From NCBI GenBank assembly GCA_964016885.1, contig OZ024741.1, positions 224,254,001-224,318,000 on the forward strand: a DNA stretch of 64,000 nt. The letters are read 5' to 3'. A model generated the notes under the pieces. That model saw only the letters and a program-made list of their open reading frames with translations. It was not told where the DNA came from and did no database searches. The position numbers were made by a program, and so were the translations under genes. The first letter of the stretch is position 1. Every line of letters begins with the position of its first letter. Below, piece by piece: positions 12,976 to 26,892 of the stretch. This DNA is from Eledone cirrhosa. Lineage: Eukaryota.

Positions 12976-15900
12976 ACTTATTCCTCACTCCTTTCTCTTT
13001 GGCCAATCTAATTTGCATGGAGTAAATATTAACACATTTCATTTTTTGTTTCAATTCTTTAGTTGAGATATTTTCATTTATTATATTTTATTTTCATTTT
13101 TTTTTCTAGCATGAAACTATTAAATTGATTTTTTTTTTTCTTATTTTATTTTTCTGATTTCCTTTCATTTGTTTTTTCTTTCTTAAACTAAAATTTAATT
13201 TTTGTTTGAAATTCTTATTTGGTAATAAATATACATTGTTATTTATTTTTCCTGTGCTATTTTCTTTAAGGTATTTTGAATCTATGTATTAATTATTTAT
13301 ATCTTAAATAATAACAACAGCTATTAATAATAATAAACCCACTAAACAAACGAAAAATCTGTTTTTTTCCCCCTATTTTTTAATGACATTTTTCTACCTA
13401 ATACACTTTTTTTCCGTATAGTTTTAAGTATTTGATATCATTTTTCATAATTGTTTTTGTTTAATAATCCTTAAACATTTTTTGTTCCTCACATCTATTC
13501 GTTTTTGCATAGTGTGTCTTGAAAATTAACCGATCAGAATTGTTCATACATTACATGAAAATTTATAAAATAATAAAACTAGAACATACATGCATACACA
13601 TACACAGTTTATTAAGGTTAATCCAGCCATGATAAACTATTAATCTCTACTATGATATTCAACACTCGTTCACACATTTGCCAATACTAAATATTTATAT
13701 ATACCATCATCATTATCATTATTGCTGTTTAACATCCATTTTCCATGCCAGCAAGAGTTGGACATGTCATCACAGATAGTCAGTAGTTAGTACTCAAGCA
13801 GAGCCTCTGAACTCCAGGTGGGACAGGGGCCCCAACATATGATCTTATGCTTTACCGAGTGCATTTTATTGTGGCACCAATACTGGTGAAGCTGTCATGT
13901 CTCTTGCATAGCTGGAGAACCTTTCCGCCCTTTTGTTTGGCAGGTTTTCTATGATTGGATGCTGTTCCTATCACCAACCACTTTACAGAGTGTGCTGGGT
14001 GATAATTTATCGTGTGTGTGTGTGTGTGTATATATATATAAAAATAAAATTCTTTGTTTTACAGTGTAATTTCACAAGTCAATTTTTTTTAACCTTTCTT
14101 AAGACAATGTAAAGGGAATATAGTTTTGGGTCAGTGTTACCATTTCATGCCAAAGTTGTTTTCCTATAATCTAAAACTGTATTTGCAGCTCTAATTCTTT
14201 ACCATTTTTGCATTAATGTCTTCTGCAGCACATGTTTAATATCTTAGATTGCACCTGCTCCCTATTGATGTTCTTTTCGACTTTCTCTTCTTAATCAACA
14301 TCACTTTCAACCCCATTTCTCTCTCTCTCTCTCTCTTTCTTCCTTGCTCTCTCTCCCTCTAGTTCTTTCTCTCTAGCTTTATATTTAGTACTTTCAAAAT
14401 AAATTAGGCCAATTAAGCAGTTTTTCTTTTTGTTTGGTGTCTTCTAAATGATGTAAATCTATATCTATTTTATAAATATTCTATATCATAATAGCTGTTT
14501 TTTTAATGAATATTTATATTTAGAAATTAGATGATATATTTTAAAGTTCAAGCTTTTATTTATTTTGTTTGTTTGTATCTGTTATTGAAATTAATCAAAT
14601 TAGATGCAGTCTAAATGCAATTTCAGCTCTAGTTTATATTAAACCAAACTTTAGAATATTATTTAAATGATCATTTATAATTAATGGATATTTTCTTTTA
14701 TTTTTCAATTAGGTAATTAATTTGAGGTTAATAATTTCCATTTTCAGGTTTAAATTTTCCTTTGAAAATTTGCAGGAAATATTTTGAGAAGTTTTCTTGC
14801 TGTATCGTTCATTTAATCACATTGGATTTAGTTGTTCTGTTGAGGAAATTTTTGATGCCTTTCTAGAATTTATACTGAAAGGTTGGATAGTAAACATTAC
14901 CTGCTAACTATCTGCAGTCTGTCATTTGAAAACATTTTGAATACAACCATCTTCTTCATCATCATTGTTTTTATGCCTGCTTTTCAATGCTGGCATGATC
15001 TGGAGACTTTTTTTCAAGCAGAATTTTATGGTTGTATGCCTTTCCTGGTGCCAACCCTCACTTGTTTATTAAGTAAGGCACAGACGTATGTTTGCATGTC
15101 TAGCTGTTGAACTACGGAACTGCTGTTTATGTGGTTCATAAACAAACATTGCCTGTGCTATCAAAAGTGAAGAGATAAACACATACATACATACCTATCT
15201 ACACTTGATGGGCTCTGTGTGGTTTACACCAACCAAACATGGCTTTGACTGGCCCAAGTAGAAGACACTTGCCGAATGTGTTGTTAATCAGTGGAATAGA
15301 ATCCCAAACCATGTGGTTGCAAAGCATACTTTTTTTTATCACACAGCACATCTGTCAGATATTCTGCAATTTAATTTGCTAACATTTAGTATTGTATATG
15401 AAGTCATCTCTCATTGGATGATATGAGAATATTTCATGGATATAGTTTGTTCTAGAATATTGCTGTTACATTAAATTGTCATACTGTATCTATTGTCAAT
15501 TGAGTACAGGTTACACTAGTTACTGTATATTTTATATACGGCTTTAAGTTTTGCATCCCTTTTAAAAATAAGCTCTACATATTAAAAAAAAAACCCAATT
15601 ATTACTCTTTTATTGGTTTTGGTCATTAGACTATAGCCATGCTTAGGCACTGCTTGAAGGTATTTAGTTGATAACATTGACCCCCCCCCCCCTCCCCGTA
15701 CTTATTTTTCAAGTCTGGTTCTTATTGTAGTAATCTCTTTTTGTCAAACTGCCAGTTGCAGGACACACACTCACAACAGGTTTCTGCAATTTCCATCTCC
15801 CAAATTTCACTCATAAAGTGCCAGGCAGCGGGAAGGAATCCAAAGCTACTTGGTTGCAAATTGAACTCCTTAATCACACAACCATGCCTCCATTACAGAT

Positions 15901-16285
15901 GACTATTTCATCTTTTACTGTTTCAATGTTTGGCTAGATATTTAACACCTGAAAGGATTTTGAGATATCACCTGTGTTGCTTAGAGAAAACACCACACCT
16001 ATTATCTGATTCGTGATTCTGAAGTAAAATTCAAAAGTATCAAGTTAGATAATTAGATTCTTTTAGAATTTCCTCATCTGTTTTGAAATAATATGGTTGT
16101 AGCAAAATATACATATTAAGAATGAAGGTGGGATGGGTAGGTGATTTCCTTCTCTTTTTCTTTTCTTCCTTTCTTCCTGTCTAACAGTAGATCTAAAAAT
16201 AATTTTTCATTTTTGCTTCTTCCTCAGTCGGTGATCTGCTTTAGATTTGCTTTTACCTTTGACACACTCTTTCCTTTGCTTCTAG

Positions 16286-17473
16286 GAAGTTTCCACCGAC
16301 AACAGAACCCTGCAGGGATGCAGAATTATTCCCAGCAAAATGTGTACAATGGACCCAACCAAATGAGTTCGTTATCTGGAGGATCTTTGTACAGTAGTAT
16401 GCCCATCAATAGAAATATCTCCTCAGCTAACTACAATAGTGCAAACTATCCACAATCTGGCAATATGAACTCACAGTGTAGTAATTTTAACAGTCATAGT
16501 AGTACTGCAGTTTCCGGAGGACCAAATGTTCATGGAGGACCCTGCTCCAATATGCCAAACCATTCGATGAATTCCATGCAGCAGCAGCAGCAGCAACAAG
16601 CATCACCTCTTCCCTCGCATCCTCACCCACCCCACCCTTCAACCGGAGGTGCCAACACCATGACCATGTCACCAAGTGGCCAGTGTGTAACACCACCTAT
16701 TGTACCTGGAGTTAAAGGTGCACATGCAGCAGCGCAGGCAGCTATGATAGCTGCTGCTAATACTGCTGCTGCCACTCGTTGTCATCAGTTACGGACAGGA
16801 TCATCTAATCAGCCAGCCAGAATGTATCCTCCAGGAATGGCACCTGCTGGTCCTTCATCCAGTCACATTGGATCAATGAACTTCTCTTCTGCCATCAACA
16901 ATATTCCTAGTTCATCTGGTCAGTTTCCTTCTTCAGTGTCTCAAACAACAGTGCCTAATTCTATGACTCAACAATCAAATTCTTGTAGTCCAACTAGTCC
17001 CTCAACCAGCAGCACACACAGTAGCAACACCACTAGTGCTAATTCCAATCGAACATTGGATCCGATGAAACAGACATCCTCTTCCTTGTCTAAAGAAGGA
17101 TGTTTACCAAGTAACTGTGCCAGCAGTTTTAGTGCGATGATTCCACCGACAGCCAACTCGGGTATGGACGGCATTGGAATCCCATCCCAAGGTGATAGCA
17201 CAGAGGAAGGCAAAGCTGTTGATGAGAACAGTGAATGTAACAGCGATGGCAGTCGCATCATCCCATCTGGCAGTCTAGATTCATCTGGTGTTGTTGGATC
17301 AACTGTTTCAAGTTCCATGTCAACCCGCCATAGTTCTGCTGCTGGCTCAGCTACTTCCTCCTCAGTGCCTGTCAGCCAACATGTATGCGTGAGCAGCCAG
17401 GCTCCTAGTTCAAATAATTTATCCTTAGAAGACAGTCACAACACAACCACTTCTACTGCAAATTCTAGTGCAG
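16286..17473 (+). CDS. ARID1: ARID1/osa large internal exon, 1188 nt, Ser/Asn/Gln-rich disordered region with polyQ and an AAAQAAMIAAAN motif
   Basis: Lies within ORF 16141-17541; tttgcttctag acceptor, GCAG|gtaacc donor, phase 1-1. Confidence 0.88.
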
Positions 17474-19354
17474 GTAACCAATGCTTTGGTCTTGTCTCTT
17501 CAGCACAGCTTTTTGCTTCTGTTAGTCTAGCCTCTCTTTGACTCTTCTTGCCCATTGTATTTTATTTTTCCATTGACAAATTCCTAGTTTATTTCATCCC
17601 TTTGACTTATTCTCTGGCAGAAAAACTTAATATTTTTACATCGACTACAGAGAAAATCACTACAATGAGAACATGTCTTGCTTTGCTTTTTTTGTGTCCT
17701 TGGATGTTTTTATTTTCATTTTTGTTTTTAAAATCTTCAGTTATGCGTGTGTGCATTAATTCATGAGTTAGAGTTGCTTAGTGAATGTTTTCTTCTTCTT
17801 AGATTAGTGTATTTTTTCTTATTCTCCTTCATCTACTGATTGGTGCATGGAATGTTGTTGTTTAGTTCTGTTTTGAATTTATTTTGTGCCTTTTGCGCAA
17901 TAGTTAAGGCTAAATAGCTGGGAAATAATCTAGAACCTCCTTGTATCTTTCCTGATTTTCAGGACTTTTCTATGTTGTACAGTGGAATGAGCTGTCACAT
18001 AAATGTGACCTGCAACATTTTTATAAATATTGTTATGTTTCTTTACATTTTGTCACTATGTTGTGTTTTTTTTTTCTTTGTACAAAGAGCATTATTGTAT
18101 TTGTTTTTATTTTTGTTTTGTATAAATTTGATTAAAGGAATTATTAATCTGGCTTTTAGTTTATTCTCCCATAATGTGAAATTTCTTCTCAAATTGATTG
18201 GTGTATTTTATTGCATCTCATATACTGAAGCTGACAAGGAGTATTTGTTTTAGTGAATTCCACTAATAATGGACAAATTTTCCAGAGTGTCTTCTAATTA
18301 AGAAATGGTTCAAGGACTCAATATATCTGTGTAAACCAGCTAAAGGATTTGGGGAAATAAACTGCACAGAATGGATATTGTATGTCCAACCAATTGCTAT
18401 TCTGTGGCACAAATTACATTTTGCTTTACTGTATATTTTATGAAAGAAAAAAAAAAAACTTGAGAATAAATTAAAAGCTGAATTAAAAATTCTGATTCCT
18501 TATACATTTTCAGTGTCTCCTGCAACCTTTTTGTACTCTAGTAAATTGGTCCACTGCTAATTGACTCTAAAAAGAAAAACTAAAGAAAATGCATATTTAT
18601 TTATTTAAAATAGTAAAAGTAAAGAAATTATGAAAGTTTTATTTTTGTTATTTTTATTGTGAAACTTGTAAATTTACAAATAATTTTAACAACTAATGTT
18701 TTATTTTCAACTATTCTTTCTATATCTAGGCAAAAGACAAATTCCCCATAATAATTTAAAAACCGTTTTTACCCAATCTTGAATACTAATTATTTAATTA
18801 ATTTATTTTCTAATTTTATTTTCATTAATATTTGAAGATATCAAATGAAACATTCTTGAGTCACTTTTATTCCTCTGGTATTCAACATATTGATGGTTTA
18901 ATTTCACATATTTAGTAGAATATTTCTGTAGAAAAATTATTTGAAAATCTCTTTTTTTAACTTCTTACAATATTGTAATTATACAAAAAATATATTGTAT
19001 TATTTAAAAAATATTTTTTTGAAAACTAAATTAGAATCATATTTATGAATATGATATTGTATTTATTAAGATTTCTGTATTGCCGACTTAAATGTTATAG
19101 TTGTTGTTTGGGAAGCATGTTATTAGTGTTGTTTATTCCTAAGTTACCCTAGCTCTGAGTTAATAATTAGACACTTGTTTCAAAAGAAATTCACTTAAAC
19201 AACATTGTTCAATGCTGATGGTGCTATTATTATTAAGTATTAGGATGAATATAATCGACCCCCCCCCCCCCTCCAAATCATTGACCATGTGCCAATATTA
19301 GAAATAATTATTACAGTACTGCAATTGTAATTATATTTCAATCTAGTCATTTAA

Positions 19355-19564
19355 CCCTTTAATGTTCATACCGGCCAGAATTCTCTACCTCTTTCTGTTG
19401 AAACTGGCTGTAACTGGTTGTTCAAACTGATGTTAAGGTATTGTTCTCAAAATAAATACTTTCAAAATCTCATAGATTCGATATTATGTGAGATAATTAT
19501 GCGAGGTAAAGCCTTTACCATGAAAATATAATAGTATATATAGAGTAATGAGAATGCTAAAGGG
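19355..19564 (+). mobile_element. piggyBac-type MITE, about 210 bp (family A)
   Basis: TTAA on both sides, CCCTTT...AAAGGG ends, internal similarity to the copies at 41749 and 63311. Confidence 0.75.
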
Positions 19565-20039
19565 TTAATTTAAGTGAAATTGTTTATAGCCAATTTATAT
19601 TTCATACAGAATCTACTTTTTTATGAAGCTAAAGTTCCATTTAAACACTAGTAGATTAATCAATTGTTAAAAACTAAAAGGCTTTTATTTTTAGTTATAT
19701 TTTGGAGAAAAATGCAGTTGTTTTTAAACCATTATGGTTTCTAATAATATAAATATGGTTTTAAGTGACTGATATTTAACTAATTGAGTATTGGCTAAAT
19801 GAGTATTGTAGCCCATACATTGGAATAAATCCTTGAAGAAGGGCAAAATAAATTGATGCAATGTTTGGTTTTGTCAAGGGTTAATCGCAATAAAAGTGAA
19901 ATGAAAAGACTATATGAAAATCAGAACTAGTTTTATAGTCTTTGTATTTTGTGTCGCTTGACACATTTTCTGTGTAAATGACATATTGTCGATGTGTTTA
20001 CTGAATAAAACATTTACAAGTTTTAGGAAAGTTGGTATG

Positions 20040-20270
20040 AAATAGTTTTAGGAATTATGTCAGACAATACTTTGCAGCATTTAGTTACAAGTTTCTACAT
20101 TGAGTTCAAATCCCACCAAAGTCAACTGTGCCTTAACTTTTTCTGTGGTCGATAAAATAAAGTATCAGTCAAGTACTGGGGTCAATATAATAAAGTACCA
20201 GTCAAGTACTGGGGTCAATATAATCAACTTCTCTCCACAAATTGCAGGTCTTGTACCTAAATTAGAAATT
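20040..20270 (+). mobile_element. Diverged tRNA-derived SINE with a short internal tandem duplication
   Basis: gagttcaaatccc B-box; gtcgataaaataaagta.cagtcaagtactggggtcaat, with the last part duplicated. Confidence 0.65.
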
Positions 20271-20599
20271 GTTTATTTTGATTATTATTTGTTTTGGTTT
20301 TAATATAGTTAACTTCAATTCTCTTATGTAGCCACTATGCATCTTTAATATGCACATCAAACTAGGTACTTCACATGTGCATGATTTAAATTTTTTATCT
20401 TACAGATTAATTTGCATTTATTTTGAACAATTTATGAACGCTTGATGTATTTTATTTATCTGGAATTTAAATGAAACTGAGCTACACATAACATCTGGTC
20501 ATATTGCACTATGTGAATATATATTTATATATATTTATTTATTTATGTGGGGTTGGTTACTAGGAAATCCTCAATGTTTGGTTTCTTTTGCTTCTTCAG

Positions 20600-20778
20600 G
20601 AAATACCGCCACAATGGTCACTCAGGCCATTACAGCTCCTGTTGCCAGTGTTGTAGAGTCTATGAGTAACGATAGCCAACCAGATCTACTTTCAACTTAT
20701 AGCATCCCACCAATGGTGAATTCAAGTTCATCAGGAAATGTAATGTCGTCAGATGAACCACCAGAAAAAAAGAAAAAG
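20600..20778 (+). CDS. ARID1: ARID1/osa internal exon, 179 nt (GNTATMVTQ...SSDEPPEKKKK)
   Basis: ttttgcttcttcag acceptor, AAG|gttggt donor, phase 1-0; a possible in-frame alternative acceptor gives an exon start at 20564. Confidence 0.8.
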
Positions 20779-22941
20779 GTTGGTACTGTTCTTTCACATT
20801 CATGGATTTTTCATGGTCCTTTGATTGTTAGCACAAACCTTAATTGTGATTTGTTTGAAGATTTTTTTCTTCAGGAGATTTTTGAACGCTTGGTTTTTAA
20901 AAATAATATAAAGGAAGATTGTCAGTGTAAATATTTGTGTGTGTGGGTGTGTGTGTGTACACACACACACATATATATACATGTGTATATACCCCCTCCC
21001 CCCTACACACACACACACTAATAACATCTTAACAAATCAGTCTGTTGCTTTTTTTTTAATTTGCTCATAACGTTTTGTGTGAATTTTTGCATCAAAATTA
21101 TTCTATTAATACTTCATTCTCAAAATTAATTTAGTCATTACATCTTGAGGCACTGGCTTTTTACCTTCTTCAAGCACAAAATTCATATCTTACATTTTAC
21201 TGTTGAAACTTAATACTGCTTTTGTACTCAATTATAACATGTTATATTGTTAACACAATATATTTTCGTTTTTGCCTTCAAAAAGTGTGTGTACAGTTTA
21301 TACAATATAACATTTTGTATGAAATTGTTGGGTATTACCTGTGGAACATTTGTTTTACAGCACTTTCCAATAGCATTACTCCAGCTATGCTAAATAACTA
21401 ACTATGAAGTTATTTGGGAATGCTCAGGAGTTTAAGATGTATGTCTGTTAATATATAAATGTAGTGCTCTATGATTACTAATATTTACTGGAATGATTAT
21501 AAAATTATACACCTGCACATAGTCGATTTGGCTTGACAGAAAATGAAAACTAAAAGTTTTGTTGGATCATCATTATCATCATCTATTTTTCGTCTTGCAT
21601 GAGTTAGAAGGGACATCACGTTAAGATGTTAGACAGGTCAGGTGAACGTGACTTGCTCACTTGCTTTTTTTTGGCTTTGTTTTCTATAGCCAGATGCCCT
21701 TCCTAACACCAACCACTTTGTTTACTGGGATTTTTGTGGCACTAAGCACTATGCCATACGGAGTGGACTGGGTGATTTTTATTGTGGCACCAGTATAACC
21801 ACCTTACAAGTGGAACTGGGCACCTTTTGTTGTGGCACTAGCACAACCATCAGATCCAAGTGCTGTGAAGTTGATATAATAAGTCTTGACTGTGGAGCAA
21901 TGATAGTAGGTCCTCTTAAAATGGTGGGAAAGTGAGGGTGTTTTCAAATTAGGCACCTGGTTCAACTGCTTGCATGGTCACCACAAAAAGCACTCAAATA
22001 AGCTGCTGTGGAATTTGAACTCAGAATGCCAAGGACCAGAGTAAATACTTCAAGTGTCTTGTTCAGTGCTTTAACAATCAGGCCATTTGACTGCCCTAGG
22101 TTGGTACTTATTTTTATCAACCCTGAAAGGATGAATGGCAAAGTTAACAGTAGCAAGAATTGAACTCAGCTATGACAAATAATGCAAAGCATTTTGTTCT
22201 ACGCTCTACTGCCTCCTTATTCATCAGTTTGAAGATATAGAACAGATCAATGGGATTCTTTTGACAACTAAATGGTTGATAATATGAAGTGAATACAACA
22301 AGTGTTACACTCTATTGAACTTGGATAGTGAATACAAAACTGGCAATGAATGGAAAAGAATAAGTTGGATATGATCTAGTCAGTGTGCGATAAGAAGTGT
22401 ATACTCAATACCAACCTGCTCAAAACCACTTTAGAACAAACTCACCTATTTTAAATTGTTTTGATTTAAATCAATTTTTTCTAACATAATTTCATATAAA
22501 GACTATTTGTTATGTTAGAAATACCATCTTAATTGAAATAATTTTAGTACATCTTCCAAGTTATTTAGTAATTAATTCAAATACAGTGTATTTTATTAGA
22601 GATATGGTAATGAAAGCGGTAAGAATGTACTAATAAAAACATTGGTCCATGTCTGTGGTTCAGGACACACTAGAGTTTGTGGAAAAGTATGAGTTAGTTG
22701 TTCCCTAAAGACACCTGACTGAATATTCTTGAATTTTGCTGCTTCAAATTGCGTTTCTGAAAACATACTTTATTTTATCAATATGTTGATAGAATACATA
22801 GTTAAGGTTGATTCTTCAAAAATTTCCAGATGTTTCTAAAATATGTTTTTATTTTTTCTAATGAAGACACATTCACATTCCTTATTAAAACTTTGAATAG
22901 ATTTTATTATCTTTGGTTATATATACTCACACACACACATA

Positions 22942-24225
22942 CAGGGTGACTAAAAAAATGGCATCCACACACGTTTTGTGTCACTCTATATTCATTTTCT
23001 AACCAATCAACCTTAAATTTCAGGACATGGCAGATTCAATGTCTGAGAAGACAATAACATTCCAATGGTAGCTCCAGCACTGGATTTTCTGTGTGAAACA
23101 CTACTATAAATGTGGTTCATACAAGCAGGTCCAGGAGCAATTTCATGTATTTTTTTGAACAGACAAATCTCCCTTCAAAGCCAATTTACAAAACAGGGTG
23201 AAGAAGTTTGAGACCTATAGGACAGTGGAGAACCTCCATACAATGTCTGAGGACCAACTACTCACTCTGGATGACTCAGGAAATTATTGAACAGTGCCAA
23301 AAACAATCACTGCACAGAAGCCAGTTTTTGGGTTTCTTCACAGAAACTTCCAGAAGGATTTTTTGAAGAAGATCTTAAGAAGCACCCCTATAGAATACAG
23401 ACTAAACAAAGTTTACTGTAGTTGATAAGACCAAGAGAAAGGCTATTGTTAAGAAGATGGAAAACAACCTAAATTTTCTGAATCTGCTTTTGTGGACCTT
23501 TGATGAAGCTGACTTTCACTTAGACAGAATAATAAACTCTAAGAACAAAGTATTCTATGGTCTGAGAAACTCATTGAAGTGGCTGTGAAATTTCTTCACT
23601 TGGCTAAATGTACCGCCTTGGCTGCCATTTTTGAGAGAGTGTTGGTTGGCCCTATTCTTCAAAGAAAATCGTGTTAACTGCTACAGTTACAAAGGAACGC
23701 TATGTGAAGTTCCTGGAAGATTTCAAAAAAGATCTACATACCATGCACCCATCTTTAATGAATAAGTTCTGGGAACAAGCCCTCACATCTCCAACGAGTC
23801 ACGAAAATTACTGAAAAATAACTTTGGAAATCGTATGATCAGTTTGAAGACTGATTTTCAGTGGGCCTCACACAGCTCTGATTTAAGCCCCCCAAATTTC
23901 TTACTTTGGGGCTGTCTGAAGGATAGGGTATATATCAACTAACCATCACTGAACTACAGTAAAACATCAGGGAGGAGATCAGAGCCATCCCTTGGTCTGA
24001 TGTTATGCTAAACTTCACCATGCACCTCAGAAAATGCATAGATTCAAATGGGGATTATTTGGAACATATGCTGTAACTCTGGACAGAAATATCAGAAGAT
24101 AGTGAATTTTTGATATGTTGTTTTTGATAGTCTGAACTAAATATATTTAGAGTTTTATCAGATTTTGTCAAAAAAAAAAAGTAGACAAAAATAAAAATTA
24201 ATCCAGTTTTTTTAAAGTCATCCTG
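22942..24225 (+). mobile_element. Decayed full-length Tc1/mariner-superfamily DNA transposon, about 1.28 kb
   Basis: Left TA|CAGGGTGACTAAAAAAATGG and right CCAGTTTTTTTAAAGTCATCCTG|CA inverted termini. Remnants FDEADFHL and WASHSSDLSPPNFLLWGCLKDRVY resemble the WPPRSPDL..DFFLWG.LK..VY motif. Confidence 0.85.
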
Positions 24226-25432
24226 CATAGTCAGGGAGGGAAGGGCAGTACAAATCAGCACAATACGATTTGAACTCAGAACGTTAAGAACTGAAGCAGA
24301 TACCATAAAGTATTGTGTTCAATGCTTCAATAATTCCAACAATCCCCTGCACTGGACTTTATTTTATCAGCTCTGTAAAGATAAAAGTAAAGTTGACCTT
24401 AGTGGGATTTGAACTCAAAGTGCAGAAGATTGAAATAAATGGCTGCCATTTTGCTGCCTATGTATATAGTGAAGCACACCCATATAAACATAAAGAAGGG
24501 TATTGATATATAATGTTTTAAATTAGCACCAGGTCACAATTTATAGGGGAGGGGTATAAGAATTGATTTCTACTATTATTGATGGTATTTATCGATCTGT
24601 GAGATGAAAGACACAGTTGTCTATGATGGGTTCTGAATTGAGAATGCAAAACAACACAGTTAAATAAATAATCCAAAGTAATCTTCTGATTCTTCTATCC
24701 ACATATATTCAGAAACATTCCAGTTAGTTACAATTTTATGTATAAGTAAGCTATCATATTCTTAAAATGTTGGCATTTGAAACCTTTGTTTTATTTCAAA
24801 CTTCTAAAATCATACACACACACATACACACACAAAAATAATACAATTTCCAACTGATTTTCTTTGTTAAATCTTTACAGTTTTCCTATTCAATGTATTC
24901 CTACTTTTCATTCTACAGTTTTATATCCTCTATTCATTCTCCTTTCAATGAAAGTAATTTGATTTTAATGTTGATGCAGATGATAATAATTCAGCAGCCT
25001 TCACTGAAAATTTGAAATGGTTTTGAATTTCAGCATATTAAATGCTAACATTCGAAATTATTACAAATTCCTTACTATACAAAAATCAAGATTTCTCCTT
25101 TAAGAATTACATTTAATGTTTTTTATTCCATGAATGAATGCAATTAATTCTCTAACTTTACTTTTGTATATATTTCTTTCCATGTATGAAAGTAGTTTTG
25201 TCTTTTTTTAAAAACCTTTTAATGTGTTTGGAATAAATTTTCTGAAATCATAAATTAAGATCCCTGCTCTCATTTGTTAGGGACAATAACACTACATTAT
25301 ATACCCAGTTGGGTTTTGTTTATTTGATGAAGGCAACGTTTGGTATTTTTCTTTCATTCTTCCATCCAACATTACCAAACTGTTGCAATTTTTATAATGA
25401 GAAGGTTCAGTGCCAGTCTATGTTCATTCTAG

Positions 25433-25558
25433 GATTGTGTTTCACATCCCCCAACACCGACCAATCTATCCCAATCTCCAAGTGGAACAAGTGTGTCCTC
25501 CTATCCAGAGGAGATAGAGAACCTTAACAGTCCGACAAGCTGGTCGGTGGGCACTCCA
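25433..25558 (+). CDS. ARID1: ARID1/osa internal exon, 126 nt (DCVSHPPTPTNLSQSPSGTSVSSYPEEIENLNSPTSWSVGTP)
   Basis: ttcattctag acceptor, CCA|gtaagt donor, phase 0-0; resembles the osa pre-ARID HPPTP...SP.W..TP segment. Confidence 0.85.
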
Positions 25559-26817
25559 GTAAGTGGGTTTGGGTTGTCGTCACTTGTTTCCAGGGGTTCA
25601 TGCTTTTGGTTTTTACTCACTATATTGGTCCCATCTACTATTTTTCTTTTTCCTCTTTTTTCCCTCCTTTTCTCTTTGCTTTTTACTGGATCTTATCTGG
25701 AGCTTGGTGCACGCCACAACCTTTTATGCCCTCCTATTTCCTGCTTCTATTGGCATTTTGTTTGTCATTCACATATCCCTGCTGCCACTTTTGAGTTTTC
25801 ATAACTTATTGGTTTTAGGTCTATTAAAACTATTTTGTTGCACACACACACATATATATAAAATGTTATATTTATTATATAATATCAACTAGTCAGTATA
25901 TATTCTAGTTGTGCAGTAATTTTTTGTTATCTTTGCAAAGCACAGCAATTGTCATTTATCACATTTTATATTCATCTTATTTGTCTACCCTCTAAAATTA
26001 ACTGTAAATATAACTGTTTCTTCATTAAATTATATAGCACAACCTGTTAGCTATACTTTTAGATATTTTTCATAAAGAATTCTAATGACATTGATAGCTA
26101 CATTGTTATTGCTTAAACTACACATTTTTCTGAAAGATGCCCAAAATTAACAAGTTTCCTTAAATCTTTTCAATGTCATTACAAATAGTGTATTGTTAGA
26201 ATAATGCACGATGGGAATATGATCTTTTTTCTGGTGTCCTCAAGCAGAAATACCAAATTTTGATATCTACCTCTAAACTACTGTTGGTATTGGATGCTAG
26301 TTACTAATAAGTTAATTCTGCACTTAATATTTCTGCTTCATCTCTGAAAATAAGGATTGGCCACTATATTTTATAAACTATGGTTATGTGTTTGCAAAAT
26401 TGATGTCCATTGCATTTTTTCCACCAATTTAAACCATTTTGCTAATAACTATATTAACTATTAAATAATTAAATTAAAAACATTAACAGGTTATTTCTTA
26501 ATTTTCTGCTTAATACACTTTTTTCAATTTATTTGTAGATACTTTGAAATAAATGATTGACATAGCTGAATAATAATAATAATAATAAGTTATAGTAGAA
26601 ACTTTAAATAGCGTTTTTGTTGAAATAATTGCATGCCAAAAAAACTGTTTGCCATCACATAAGTCTGTCATCTAACTTAAATCACCTTCCAACATATCAA
26701 AAGGGAACATTTTCTCTCTCTTTGTTTGTGTTTCTGTTCCTCTCTCTTCTGAGTTTGTGTGTGTTTGTGTAATGCAACAATAAGCTTTTATATATTGGTT
26801 TGTCAATAACATTTGGA

Positions 26818-26819
<2 letters not shown>

Positions 26820-26884
<65 letters not shown>
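26820..26884. repeat. (TG)n microsatellite followed by (CG)n
   Basis: Seen directly. Confidence 0.95.

Positions 26885-26892
<8 letters not shown>

Noticed and set aside
14690-14720. Polypyrimidine-tag|gtaatt as an intronic ratchet point
   Set aside because: The intron is only about 3.6 kb and the motif is expected by chance in very AT-rich sequence
17155-17200. Internal phase-1 donors in the large exon (TCGG|gtatgg, CAAG|gtgata)
   Set aside because: Weak motifs; nothing in the sequence favours them over the donor after 17473
16487-17318. Antisense ORFs over the large exons (also 30403-30624 and 57945-58208)
   Set aside because: Shadow frames of the real coding exons, with no independent evidence
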